Assembly: GCA_964546115.1 (NCBI GenBank)
Contig: CAZJIM010000002.1
Span: forward strand, 1,742-65,741
Length of the DNA: 64,000 nucleotides
Source of the DNA: an uncultured Gemmatimonadaceae bacterium
GTDB taxonomy: Bacteria > Gemmatimonadota > Gemmatimonadetes > Longimicrobiales > Gaopeijiaceae
Reading direction: 5' to 3'
Part shown: positions 45,576-54,779 of the stretch, in pieces
How positions within the stretch are numbered: the stretch's first letter is position 1
Layout: every line of letters begins with the position of its first letter
Program-made: the position numbers and the translations under genes
Notes under the pieces: model-generated
Told to the model about the DNA's origin: nothing
The model's input: the letters and a program-made list of their open reading frames with translations, nothing else
Databases searched by the model: none

Positions 45576-48123
45576 TTGTGGGATTCCGAAGTCCGTGGGT
45601 CACCCGCTCTCCAGCGGCGACCAGGTCGGTCATCAACCCTGCAGCGGTTACCTTGGGCCCAGCACCTGGGCCCTGAATCAGAATCGGGTGCTCTGAGTAC
45701 CGTTGCGACCGGATCTCTAGGATATTCTCTGTCCCACCTATCCGCGCAGTTGGTCGGTCGGCGGGCACAACATCCAGGCTCACGGTAGCCCCTGACTGAT
45801 CGATTCTAGCCACGCATGCCAAACGGCAACCGCTCTCACGAGCCTTAGCGCTGCGGTCGGCTATTTCTGCGTCCAGTCCGGGGAGGGCAGCCATGAAAGC
45901 ATCGACCGATGGGGCCCCGAGGAGGTCTTCGGGAAGGATAGGGTTTACCCGGACGGCCTCGGGTTCGATGTCGAAACCAGCGGCACGGCCCAGAATCACG
46001 AGCTTCCGCACGACATCCCTGAAACCCAAATCATCTCTCGGATCAGGTTCCGAGATTCCCCGGTCCCTCGCTTCTTTGATCACTTCGCTGAATGGTCGCC
46101 CTCGGTTCACTTCGTCGAAAAGGAAGGTCAGCGTACCCGACAAGACTCCCTCCATTCGTACGATGTGATCTCCGCTACGGCGCAGCTCTGAGACCGTTCG
46201 AACCATTGGCAACCCTGCCCCGACCGTCGTTTCGTGATGGAGTCCCCCTCCGGCTTGAGCAATGCGCTGGAGAGACCGATACTCATCGAGCGACACCGAA
46301 AGCGGAATCTTATTCGCGGTAACGACGGCCGCGCCCGATCCGAGGTAGTCCGGGTACCGACTCGCGACTTCGGCGCTCGCGGTGCAATCCACGATCACAA
46401 GAGGATCTCCGGTGAACACTGAGGGAAACACGTTCTCCGGCGTGTGATCCCCACCCCCTAGGAGTTCTCGCCACCGGCCGGGGTCAAGCCCCTCCTGGTC
46501 TATCACAGCCTTCTGGCTCTGTGAGATCCCCACAAGTAACGGTCGTAACCCATGTAGGGCGAGGGCCTCTTCCCCATGGTCAGCCAACTGATCCAGGAAA
46601 GCACCACCCACGCTGCCCACGCCCAGCACCAGCATCCGAACGGGTTGAAGCTCACCGGGAGGACTGAAGAAGGCCCGGTGCACCGTCCTGAGAGCGAGGT
46701 CCTCCTGATCCGATGTCACCACCCACGAGATGTTCCGCTCCGAAGAGCCCTGGGCCACGGCGTGGACATTTACTCTCGCCGCTCCGAGAGTCGAAAACAG
46801 TCTGCCTGAGATCCCCGGGGTGTCCCGCATCCCTTCTCCCACGATCGCGAGGATAGCGAAACCCTGCTCGCTCACCGGGTCTCTGAGCAGTCCGGCATCC
46901 CGGTCGCGTTGGAACTCGGCCTGGAGGGCAGAAAGGGCTCTTGCTGCTGCTGCTCCTTCGACTGCAAACGAGACGGAGTGCGCACTCGAATCCTGTGTGA
47001 AGAGTAGCGATTCCACGTATGCGTCCCCCAGGGCCCTGAAGATCCGCTGGGAAGTTTCGGTGACACCGACAGCTTCCACGCCTTCAACTCTAATCAGCGC
47101 TACATCCCGGATGGCGGAGATGCCCCGTACGGGTCGGTATGGATCGGGTGGGAGCGTTCCGAGGACGAGTGTTCCCGGCAGGGATGGGTCGAGTGTACTT
47201 CGGATCCGGAGTGGGATGCCTGCTTTCCGCGCCGGCTCAACAGCCAGTGGGCACATCACCTTCGCACCGAATTGGGCCAGCTCGAGGAGCTCCTCATACC
47301 CAATTTCACGGATCGGGATCGCGTCGGGGACCACTCGAGGATCGGCGGTGAGTACTCCGTCCACATCGGTCCAAATCTCTACGGCCTCGGCGCTGAGTGT
47401 GGCCCCGAGAAGGGTGGCAGTGTAGTCCGAAGCTCCTCGACCCAGGGTCGTCGTTTCGCCGCTAGCCGTCGAGCCTATGAACCCGGTAACCACCGGAACT
47501 CCATCGCTTCCCGGAAGTCGCTCGCGGATCAGTTCCCGCGAGACGCGTTGATCCACTTTGGCAGCGCCGAACCGATCGTCGGTCCGGATAATCTCCCGAG
47601 CATCGACGTCCGTGGCGGCAACCCCTTCGGATCGGAGACACGCGGCTAGAAGCATCGCGGACTGCAGTTCTCCGAATGCAAGCATCCGATCCCGGATCCG
47701 GAGGGTACACTCTCCCAGGAGCTGGGCACCACGCGCGAGCTCCCGTAACTCTGCGATTGCGTCCTCAAGTCGCCTGCTCAACTGTGCCAGTTCTTCGTCC
47801 GGCGCTAGTTCCTCAAGAATACCGCGATGCTTCTCGTCAATGCGTGAAAGAGGTTCTACATAGCCTTTGTCTCCGCGGCTAGCCAGGTCAGCTGCTTCTA
47901 GGATCGCATTTGTGGTTACGCCGACTGCTGACACGACAGCGATCGGGGCCACATCACTACTCTGTGCCTGTGTCACTATTTCCGCGACGCGCCGAATCCG
48001 GCCCAGATTTCCAATGGAACTCCCGCCGAATTTGAGGATCCGGATGTTTCTGCTCTTCATCCCGGACTCCACTGGAAGGGAGCTTGCTTGATTCACGGGC
48101 AGAGGAGGCGCCTTGGTTTCCAC
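45565..48123 (-). CDS. thrA: Bifunctional aspartokinase/homoserine dehydrogenase
   Basis: 852 aa. Aspartokinase N-terminus (ILKFGGSSIGN), ACT region and C-terminal homoserine dehydrogenase (LVLGVGSVGGAF...). The start is GTG 48123 (GAGAGGAA 4 nt upstream) or ATG 48060 (GGAG upstream). Confidence 0.9.
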   Translation of the reverse strand: METKAPPLPVNQASSLPVESGMKSRNIRILKFGGSSIGNLGRIRRVAEIVTQAQSSDVAPIAVVSAVGVTTNAILEAADLASRGDKGYVEPLSRIDEKHRGILEELAPDEELAQLSRRLEDAIAELRELARGAQLLGECTLRIRDRMLAFGELQSAMLLAACLRSEGVAATDVDAREIIRTDDRFGAAKVDQRVSRELIRERLPGSDGVPVVTGFIGSTASGETTTLGRGASDYTATLLGATLSAEAVEIWTDVDGVLTADPRVVPDAIPIREIGYEELLELAQFGAKVMCPLAVEPARKAGIPLRIRSTLDPSLPGTLVLGTLPPDPYRPVRGISAIRDVALIRVEGVEAVGVTETSQRIFRALGDAYVESLLFTQDSSAHSVSFAVEGAAAARALSALQAEFQRDRDAGLLRDPVSEQGFAILAIVGEGMRDTPGISGRLFSTLGAARVNVHAVAQGSSERNISWVVTSDQEDLALRTVHRAFFSPPGELQPVRMLVLGVGSVGGAFLDQLADHGEEALALHGLRPLLVGISQSQKAVIDQEGLDPGRWRELLGGGDHTPENVFPSVFTGDPLVIVDCTASAEVASRYPDYLGSGAAVVTANKIPLSVSLDEYRSLQRIAQAGGGLHHETTVGAGLPMVRTVSELRRSGDHIVRMEGVLSGTLTFLFDEVNRGRPFSEVIKEARDRGISEPDPRDDLGFRDVVRKLVILGRAAGFDIEPEAVRVNPILPEDLLGAPSVDAFMAALPGLDAEIADRSAKARESGCRLACVARIDQSGATVSLDVVPADRPTARIGGTENILEIRSQRYSEHPILIQGPGAGPKVTAAGLMTDLVAAGERVTHGLRNPTNEP

Positions 48124-48190
48124 GTGATTCCTCTCGGGCTAGCACCCTCTTTCACACCGGCCCCGGGCCCAGTCTTGAGCGGGGGGCTTG

Positions 48191-48224
48191 AAAAAAACAA
48201 CCCCGACCTTTAGAGGGGCCGGGG
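48191..48224 (-). terminator. Intrinsic-terminator-like hairpin in the thrA leader (candidate attenuator or riboswitch expression platform)
   Basis: The minus strand reads CCCCGGCC-CCTCTAAA-GGTCGGGG followed by TTGTTTTTTT, giving an 8-bp stem with one G-U. It lies 67 nt upstream of the thrA GTG. Confidence 0.6.
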
Positions 48225-48369
48225 CGGGCGTGGTGTTCTGGGTTGATTCTTGAAACGTCAGGTCACACTCACCCGCCTTCCTGCCCTTGCCTCCGGATCG
48301 TGGAGGCAGCGGGACGGGCTGTCATACCCGTACTGTCGAATCCACCGCTTAGTATTGTCATAAGTGACA

Positions 48370-48398
48370 TTTATCGCCCCTTACCGATCAGGTGTCAA
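48370..48398 (-). promoter_or_regulatory. Candidate sigma70-type promoter for the thrA leader
   Basis: The minus strand has TTGACA (48398-48393), a 17-nt spacer and GATAAA (48375-48370). This would give a ~175-nt leader ending at the terminator hairpin. Confidence 0.35.
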
Positions 48399-48547
48399 GG
48401 GCGCGAGTGAGCCCAAGGATGGGGCGAGTTCAAGGGTGTCAGCTTGTTCGTTGAGCCTCCGAAACCCAACTTGGGCTACCAGGTTAGCTTCTGGAGTCTT
48501 TCGACCACAGCCCCCAACCAACTCCTTCACCCACCGATCCTCCCGAA

Positions 48548-49315
48548 ATGCACCATATGACTCCTTGGGTACGTCGGATTCTGCTGACCAACGTAGCGGT
48601 CTTCTTCGCCACTACGCTTATCTTGCCTGGTGGAGTCTTAAACCAACTCGTGTTGGTTCCAGCGCTACTTCCTGTCCGGCCCTGGACGGTGATTACCTAC
48701 CAGTTCCTCCACGCCGGTTTCTTACACCTGCTGTTCAACATGGTTGGGCTGTACTTTTTCGGTCCGAGGCTAGAGGTGCGGATCGGAAGCAAACACTTCG
48801 TCCTGCTTTATCTCCTGAGTGGGGTGGGGGGAGCCGTACTGTCTATTTTTACGCCAGGAGCCTTCATCGTGGGGGCTTCAGGCGCCGTATTCGGTGTGCT
48901 GTTGGGTTTTGCCCGATACTGGCCTCGCGAGCGGATCTACATCTATGCCCTGATCCCTGTTGAAGCGCGAATACTTGTGATCTTCATGGCTGTTCTCTCG
49001 CTCTGGAGTGGGATCAGAGGGGGTGGAAACATCGCGCACTTCGCGCATCTTGGAGGGTTCATCGGGGGCTGGATCTACCTGAAGCTCCTAGAGCGCAACT
49101 CCCCGGCCCGCAGGTTCAAAATGCAGGTAGGCGCGGCGACCCAAGGCAAACCGAGCGGCCGCGATTTGCAGCGTTGGGCAGGGGTTGATCGGGCGGGGCT
49201 CCATCCCATCAACCGCGACGAGTACGATCGCGTCCTCCAGAAGGCAAGGAAGGACGGCGTGCCTTCGCTGACTGTTCAGGAGAGGGCCTTCATGGAGCGG
49301 TTTATGGGTGGGTAG
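48548..49315 (+). CDS. Rhomboid-family intramembrane serine protease
   Basis: 255 aa. Motifs are FLHAGFLHLLFNM, the catalytic GASGAVFG and HLGG. There is a soluble C-terminal tail. Confidence 0.85.
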   Translation: MHHMTPWVRRILLTNVAVFFATTLILPGGVLNQLVLVPALLPVRPWTVITYQFLHAGFLHLLFNMVGLYFFGPRLEVRIGSKHFVLLYLLSGVGGAVLSIFTPGAFIVGASGAVFGVLLGFARYWPRERIYIYALIPVEARILVIFMAVLSLWSGIRGGGNIAHFAHLGGFIGGWIYLKLLERNSPARRFKMQVGAATQGKPSGRDLQRWAGVDRAGLHPINRDEYDRVLQKARKDGVPSLTVQERAFMERFMGG

Positions 49316-49325
49316 GAATGGGGGG

Positions 49326-49676
49326 TTACTGGTCGTCCGGACTCGGAGGCTTCCGCAGCTTCTTACTCTGCGACCTCCTCCGCTTCGCTTCGAGGCGGGC
49401 CCGCTTTTGTCTATTGGGAACCCGGGTCGGGACGCGCTCCGGTTCATTCTCTTCGAACTGTTGCAGTCGCTCCCTGAGCCGGTCCAGGGCGATGATTTTG
49501 TTGCGATGTTGACTGCGCTCTCTTCGTGCGGCAACGACGATTCCACTGGGCTCGTGGGTCAACCGAACGCCAGACTCAGTTGCGTTCTGGTGTTGCCCTC
49601 CCTTGCCTCCGGATCGGAAGGTGTGAACTCGGCATTGCGCGAGGAGGTCGTCGTTTGAGGGCATGGTGGCTTCCAA
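49326..49676 (-). CDS. arfB: ArfB-type peptidyl-tRNA hydrolase (RF-1 domain, GGQ)
   Basis: 116 aa. GGQ motif (SGGKGGQHQNATESGVRLTH) and a basic C-terminal tail (KRARLEAKRRRSQSKKLRK). Confidence 0.75.
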   Translation of the reverse strand: MEATMPSNDDLLAQCRVHTFRSGGKGGQHQNATESGVRLTHEPSGIVVAARRERSQHRNKIIALDRLRERLQQFEENEPERVPTRVPNRQKRARLEAKRRRSQSKKLRKPPSPDDQ

Positions 49677-49793
49677 GGGTTTTGAGGACGCTGGCCATGG
49701 CGATTTCGAAAGGTAGGAGTGGAGAACGTGGGTTGGGAAGGAACATCCTTACTGTTGGAGGTGGCTCCATCCGGGTGCGGTGATTAAACTCCT

Positions 49794-50927
49794 ATGGGCC
49801 TGATGACCATGTATAGAGAAGGCGGAAGAGCGATGCCCAAGAACCGGTTTGGTTCGGCAGACTGGGGTCCAGGAGCGCGGTTTCTAGTTGTTCTTGCGAG
49901 CGTGGTCGTGGTTGTGGCCGGACTCCGTGCCGGCGCGCCCATCCTACTCCCCTTCTTTCTAGCATTTTTCCTGGCAATCCTCTCTCTGCCTATTATGCTT
50001 GGGCTACAGCGGAAAGGGGTTCCTCCTGCGATCGCGATCCTGGTTTCAGTGCTGATCAACGTGGCCGTTTTGGGTGTCATTGTCCTTCTCGTGAGCCAAT
50101 CGGTCGCGGATTTTCAGGTCCGCCTGCCTCAATACGCCAGCCGCCTCCAGACACTCTTCGATTCGTGGATCGAGGCACTGCAGGCCCGAGGCGTTCCCGC
50201 CGATGAGTATCTTTTGGACGAGATCGTGAGCGCGAACGCGATTATGGACTTCGTGGGCAATCTGCTTGGTCGGGTCGCCGTATTTCTCTCCACCACGTTT
50301 ATTGTGGTCCTCGTCATGATCTTCATCTTGGCAGAGGCCACGATCTTCCCGAAGAAGTTCCAAGCCATCTTGGGTGAGGTGGAGGGAGACATGGGGCGTT
50401 TTGCCAAGATCACGGGGGAGGTGCTCGAATATCTCGCGATCAAGACGCTGGTGAGTCTTGCCACGGGGATCTGTATCGGGATCTGGGCTTGGATCATGCG
50501 CGTAGATTTCCCGATCCTCCTTGGGCTGATCGGGTTCCTGCTGAACTACGTCCCCAACATCGGGTCAATCATTGCGGCAATTCCGGCCGTATTGCTCTCG
50601 TTGATCCAGTTTGGTGGGTTCGAAGACCCACTGCTCGTAATTTCGGGATATGTCATCATCAATGTAGTGTTTGGCAACCTGATCGAGCCCCACCTGCTGG
50701 GTCGACGGTTGGGACTGTCCACTTTGGTCGTCATCCTCTCGCTTATCTTCTGGGCCTGGACTTGGGGGCCGGTCGGTGCTCTGCTCGCTGTCCCGATGAC
50801 CATGGTCGTGAAGATCATGCTCGAGAACACCCAGGACCTCCGCTGGGTTGCCGTCCTACTTGACAAATCGGCTCCTCAGTCGGCTGTAGCTAGCCCTCCG
50901 GCCACCCACACTGACGAGGCTATGTGA
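49794..50927 (+). CDS. AI-2E family (PerM/UPF0118) transporter
   Basis: 377 aa, polytopic. Has LLNYVPNIGSIIAAIPAVLLSL and LIEPHLLGRRLGLSTLVVILSLIFWAWTWGPVGALLAVP. Confidence 0.85.
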   Translation: MGLMTMYREGGRAMPKNRFGSADWGPGARFLVVLASVVVVVAGLRAGAPILLPFFLAFFLAILSLPIMLGLQRKGVPPAIAILVSVLINVAVLGVIVLLVSQSVADFQVRLPQYASRLQTLFDSWIEALQARGVPADEYLLDEIVSANAIMDFVGNLLGRVAVFLSTTFIVVLVMIFILAEATIFPKKFQAILGEVEGDMGRFAKITGEVLEYLAIKTLVSLATGICIGIWAWIMRVDFPILLGLIGFLLNYVPNIGSIIAAIPAVLLSLIQFGGFEDPLLVISGYVIINVVFGNLIEPHLLGRRLGLSTLVVILSLIFWAWTWGPVGALLAVPMTMVVKIMLENTQDLRWVAVLLDKSAPQSAVASPPATHTDEAM

Positions 50928-51436
50928 TGACCGCGGTAGCGGCCGATCTCTTTTCGCGTTTGCCTGATTCGTCGCGGCTCTGGGTCTTTGGTGCAGGTCG
51001 CCCGCTCTCCCCGGAAGAGGAGTCGAGACTTCTCTCGAGCGTCGACGGTTTTCTCGAAGGGTGGAAGGCTCACGGGTGCCCCCTGGTCGCGGCGCGCGAA
51101 TGGCTATACCACCGCTTTTTACTGGTAGGAATCGATGATCAGGTCACACCGCCGTCCGGTTGCTCGATCGATGCGCTGGTGAGCAGCCTCCGTGTGCTCG
51201 AAGCCGATTTAGGGACGGAGATCATAGGTGGTGCGTCAGTCTGGTACCGTCAGAATGGACCCGAAGGAGAGATCCGGAGGATTTCCCGTTCGGCGTTTAA
51301 GGAGCTGGCGGAAAACGGCCTCGTATCAGGAGATACGATTGTATTCGATCTTTCGCTGACTCGAGTCGGTGAGCTTCGCGAGGGAAGATGGGAGTCCTCT
51401 GCTCGGCAGAGCTGGCATCAGAAGTACCTCAGTTGA
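50924..51436 (+). CDS. Conserved hypothetical protein
   Basis: 170 aa. The start (GTG 50924 or ATG 50927) overlaps the upstream stop. The composition is protein-like, with a PPSGCSIDALV segment I associate with a family of unknown function in FCB-group bacteria (from memory). Confidence 0.5.
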   Translation: MMTAVAADLFSRLPDSSRLWVFGAGRPLSPEEESRLLSSVDGFLEGWKAHGCPLVAAREWLYHRFLLVGIDDQVTPPSGCSIDALVSSLRVLEADLGTEIIGGASVWYRQNGPEGEIRRISRSAFKELAENGLVSGDTIVFDLSLTRVGELREGRWESSARQSWHQKYLS

Positions 51437-52475
51437 GAATCGAGGGTACCCTGAGGATCGTCGTAAGGTAACGGATCGCCTCGGCCTCGGCCCAAAAGGT
51501 GGGGCGCCAAGGAGGCCCTCCCCCAACGAACCCTACGTGACCGCCCCGTCGAGGAAAGGAAGCCGCCAGCCAAGGGTTCTCGTTAACCGCTTCGCGCGGC
51601 ACAGCGTGTTCGGGGAGAAAGGGGTCGTCCATGGCATGGAGGAGGTATGTGGGCACCCTGATGGACCTAAGGATTGGCCCGGACGACGCCTCCCGGTAAT
51701 ATTCCCCAGCATTCCGGAATCCATGGAGGGGAGCTGTTGCGACCTCGTCGAACTCGCGAAGGCTCCGCGCTTTGAGAATCCGCTCGAGGTCAACGACTCC
51801 GTTGAGCAAGTGCCGCTTGGCACGAGCCTTCTCCTGCAGCGACCGGAGGAAGTAGCGCGTGTAGATTTTGCCCATCCACCCAACTTCCAGCATCCGGGAT
51901 CCCTCCGTGAGATCGTACGGTACTGAGATCACGGCGGCCCCGAGGAAGCGTGGGGGCGGGGAGTCACCCTTCTCGCCAAGGTATCGAAGGAGGACGTTGC
52001 CTCCGAGGGAGAAGCCCAGAGCACCGAACGTTCGGTCCGGAAACTTCTTACGGAGAACGTCGACGACGAAAGATAAATCCCTGGTTTCTCCGGAGTGATA
52101 GAAGCGCGCTCGGCGATTCGGGACTCCTGAGCACGAGCGGAAGTTCATTCCGATCGGCCTCATTTTTGCACGTGCCAGCTCGGCCATCGCCGTTCGGACG
52201 TAGGCACGACGCGTAGAGCCCTCCAGTCCATGGAGGACCACAACGAACGGTGCTTCAGCTCCCGGGTCGGGACCCAAGTCTAGATCCAGGAAATCACCGT
52301 CTGGAGTTTCGATGCGAAGTCGCTCAAGATTCAGCTCTTCCGTTGGTCGCAAGAGTTTCCCGGCAAGCGTCTGAAGATGCGCGTCGGGGAGCCATCGTGT
52401 CGGATGGAAGGGAGAGCCCTGAAACCCGAGGTGAGCTTGGGGTGGGGTCGGCTTCATCCAGTCTGTCTGCTTCAA
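51429..52475 (-). CDS. Alpha/beta hydrolase, YheT/ABHD1-3-like
   Basis: 348 aa. Has VVVLHGLEGS and the nucleophile elbow GFSLGGN. The late Asp/His region is also present. Confidence 0.85.
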   Translation of the reverse strand: MKQTDWMKPTPPQAHLGFQGSPFHPTRWLPDAHLQTLAGKLLRPTEELNLERLRIETPDGDFLDLDLGPDPGAEAPFVVVLHGLEGSTRRAYVRTAMAELARAKMRPIGMNFRSCSGVPNRRARFYHSGETRDLSFVVDVLRKKFPDRTFGALGFSLGGNVLLRYLGEKGDSPPPRFLGAAVISVPYDLTEGSRMLEVGWMGKIYTRYFLRSLQEKARAKRHLLNGVVDLERILKARSLREFDEVATAPLHGFRNAGEYYREASSGPILRSIRVPTYLLHAMDDPFLPEHAVPREAVNENPWLAASFPRRGGHVGFVGGGPPWRPTFWAEAEAIRYLTTILRVPSILN

Positions 52476-52568
52476 ATGCTTGTCCTTAGTTCTTGGCCCA
52501 GGGTTGACCGAGAATATCCTCGGTTCGATGGCCTGCCAACCTCTCAGAAAATAAGGAATACTCCCGCG

Positions 52569-54638
52569 ATGATCTCCACAACACGTCTGATCATTTCGCT
52601 GGTTCTGATGCTCCTTGGAACATGGGGATGCAGCGGTACCATGGACGGAGACTCCATCGCCGTCCCGGTTCCCGATCTGCCCGCGTCGGACGGACTGCTC
52701 GGAAACCCAAAGCTCCAGGCTGTCGTGGATCTTCAGGTCGAGCGGGACGGAGCGGCCCTGCAGGAGCTACTAGCCAGCACGGAGGCGTCAGTTCGCGCTC
52801 GAGCCGCCTTGGCCTTGGCATCGGTTCAGGATCCAACGGCGTTCGAGGAGCTTGCAAGCCGGCTCTCCGATATCTCCCCCGAGGTGCGACGTAATGCCGC
52901 ATTCGCCCTCGGCCAGTTGCCGCTCGCTGACGGGGGATTGCTTCTCCTCGTGTCCCTTGTGGGGGAGGAGAATCGGGAGGTGCGGGCACGTTTGATTGAG
53001 GCGCTGGGGAAGAGGGGGGGGTTGGACGCGGTCGCTAAACTCATTGAAGGCATTTCCAATCCGGACGAAGAGGTTGATCGGACGCTGGCGGTTTCTCGCG
53101 CGGCTCTCCGGGAAGTGAGACCACCGGCCGCGCTCGAATTTCTCGTGACACGCCTGACCCACCCGGACCGCGACGTCCGATCACGGAGTGCCTATTACTT
53201 CGGTCGTGCGACAAGCGTGACTGCCTGGGGCGAGTTTGCGCCTCGCCTCCGAGAAGCTCTCGACGGTTATGCGCCAGAAGAACCGGCGGCCATGGATTTG
53301 GTTCAGGCCCTGGGTCGGCTCAGAGATGTAGAAGAGGACGAGGGTCGGATAGCTCGGTGGATGAATTTCTCCACCGACTGGAGAACGAGGACGAACGCCG
53401 CTAGAGCCGTGATGAGTCCCTTATGGCTCGAGAGCTCAGAGGTCCGGGATGCTCTTGTCCTGGCCCTCGAAGATCAGTCGGAACACGTCCGCATCGCGGC
53501 TGCCGGATCGATCACCCTCCTCATGTGGACCTCCGAGGAGTACCTCGGACGAGGAGAAGAGTGGATCCGCGGACCGGCTGAGGATTGGCGAAAGCAGGCG
53601 TCCTTTGCTGCTCCACTCGTGGCCCAAGGCGAAGGGGATGCCGTCGTCGATTGGACTCTTAGGATGGCCAACCACCATCCGGCAGCCACGGTTCGGGGGA
53701 TCGAGAACCTTGGTGGTCTTCCGGCACCAACAGTTATGGGCCTTCTCTTCGAACTGGGTGAACACCCTGATCCGCTCGTTAGAGCGGCGGCCGTTAGGGC
53801 TCTTGCGCAACGCTGGAGCCGCGGGGCTGTGGGAGACGAGCCAGCAGAGCGCTTCTATACCCTCTTCGTTTCCCGATTGGGCGACCCCGAGAATCTTCCC
53901 GCGGCCCGTGCGGCCATCTCGCTTTCTCAGCCGAGCTTTGGGCCGCTAGGGGCGGAGGCGGTTCTGGAAGAGGCTTTCTCCGCACGCCGTTCCGGGGGAG
54001 ATGCGAACATCTTGGTACCCATCCTCGAATCGATGGGCTCGTCCTCCCTTCCTCTTCTTCGGGAGGTTGTCGAAGGCGAGCAGTTGATGCTTCGCGGAGC
54101 TGCTGCGCGGGCCCTTGAGCGGCTCACGGGAGAGCAGGTGCCCCTAGGAGGGGCTGACGCGACCATGCCTCCACCTACCATAGATTGGGTGGTCCTTTCC
54201 GAACTCGGTCCGGCGCCAAGGGTCAGAATCGAGACGGATCGAGGCGAGATGTTTGTGCGGCTCTTCGCCGAACAGGCGCCGCTTTCGGTGCAAGCGTTTG
54301 TGAACGACGTTCGCCGGGGTGCACATGACGGTGCTCGGTTCCATCGCGTTGTCTCGAATTTCGTCGCACAGGGTGGTGATTTCGGGATGGGGGACGGCGG
54401 CGGTATGGCGGGCTATCAAATCCGGAGCGAATTTACCCAACTTCCGTTCCAGAGGGGCGTGCTGGGACTGGCGTCAGCGGGCAAGGATACTGAAGGGTCT
54501 CAGTTCTACCTCACTCACTCGATGCAGCCCAACCTAGATGGTGGCTACGCCGCCTTCGGGTGGGTCGAGCAGGGAGCCGATGTACTCGACCGAATCCAAC
54601 AGGGTGACCAAGTGATCCGCATGACCATCGAAGACTGA
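52569..54638 (+). CDS. Lipoprotein fusing HEAT/ARM-like repeats to a C-terminal cyclophilin-type peptidylprolyl isomerase
   Basis: ATG 52569 gives a lipoprotein signal (LMLLGTWGC). Repeated xxVRxxAAxALG helices follow. The C-terminus is FHRVVSNFVAQGGDF...GLASAGKDTEGSQFYLTH. Confidence 0.85.
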   Translation: MISTTRLIISLVLMLLGTWGCSGTMDGDSIAVPVPDLPASDGLLGNPKLQAVVDLQVERDGAALQELLASTEASVRARAALALASVQDPTAFEELASRLSDISPEVRRNAAFALGQLPLADGGLLLLVSLVGEENREVRARLIEALGKRGGLDAVAKLIEGISNPDEEVDRTLAVSRAALREVRPPAALEFLVTRLTHPDRDVRSRSAYYFGRATSVTAWGEFAPRLREALDGYAPEEPAAMDLVQALGRLRDVEEDEGRIARWMNFSTDWRTRTNAARAVMSPLWLESSEVRDALVLALEDQSEHVRIAAAGSITLLMWTSEEYLGRGEEWIRGPAEDWRKQASFAAPLVAQGEGDAVVDWTLRMANHHPAATVRGIENLGGLPAPTVMGLLFELGEHPDPLVRAAAVRALAQRWSRGAVGDEPAERFYTLFVSRLGDPENLPAARAAISLSQPSFGPLGAEAVLEEAFSARRSGGDANILVPILESMGSSSLPLLREVVEGEQLMLRGAAARALERLTGEQVPLGGADATMPPPTIDWVVLSELGPAPRVRIETDRGEMFVRLFAEQAPLSVQAFVNDVRRGAHDGARFHRVVSNFVAQGGDFGMGDGGGMAGYQIRSEFTQLPFQRGVLGLASAGKDTEGSQFYLTHSMQPNLDGGYAAFGWVEQGADVLDRIQQGDQVIRMTIED

Positions 54639-54779
54639 CGAACTATCCGAGGTTCGGTTCGACACCCAGCATTCCATTCTCTCAGAGGTGCACGCACAGC
54701 AAATGCTGTTAACGACGTTATCGTATCAGTATCAGGGGATAAGTTGAATTAGAATACGCATTAGTTTACAGTGTTCACT

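Noticed and set aside
48270-48365. Leader peptide (about 30-33 codons, MSLMTILSGGFDSTGMTARPAASTIRRQGQEGG) as a classical Thr/Ile attenuator upstream of thrA
   Set aside because: The Thr and Ile codons are scattered, not in a run. The stop codon lies about 75 nt before the terminator, and no SD is evident. Classical thrL-type attenuation is therefore not supported.
48364-48963. 199-aa plus-strand ORF spanning the thrA-rhomboid intergenic region
   Set aside because: It is out of frame with the rhomboid gene, which carries the catalytic GASG and HLGG motifs. Its composition is not protein-like, and it covers the region better explained as the divergent promoters and leader.
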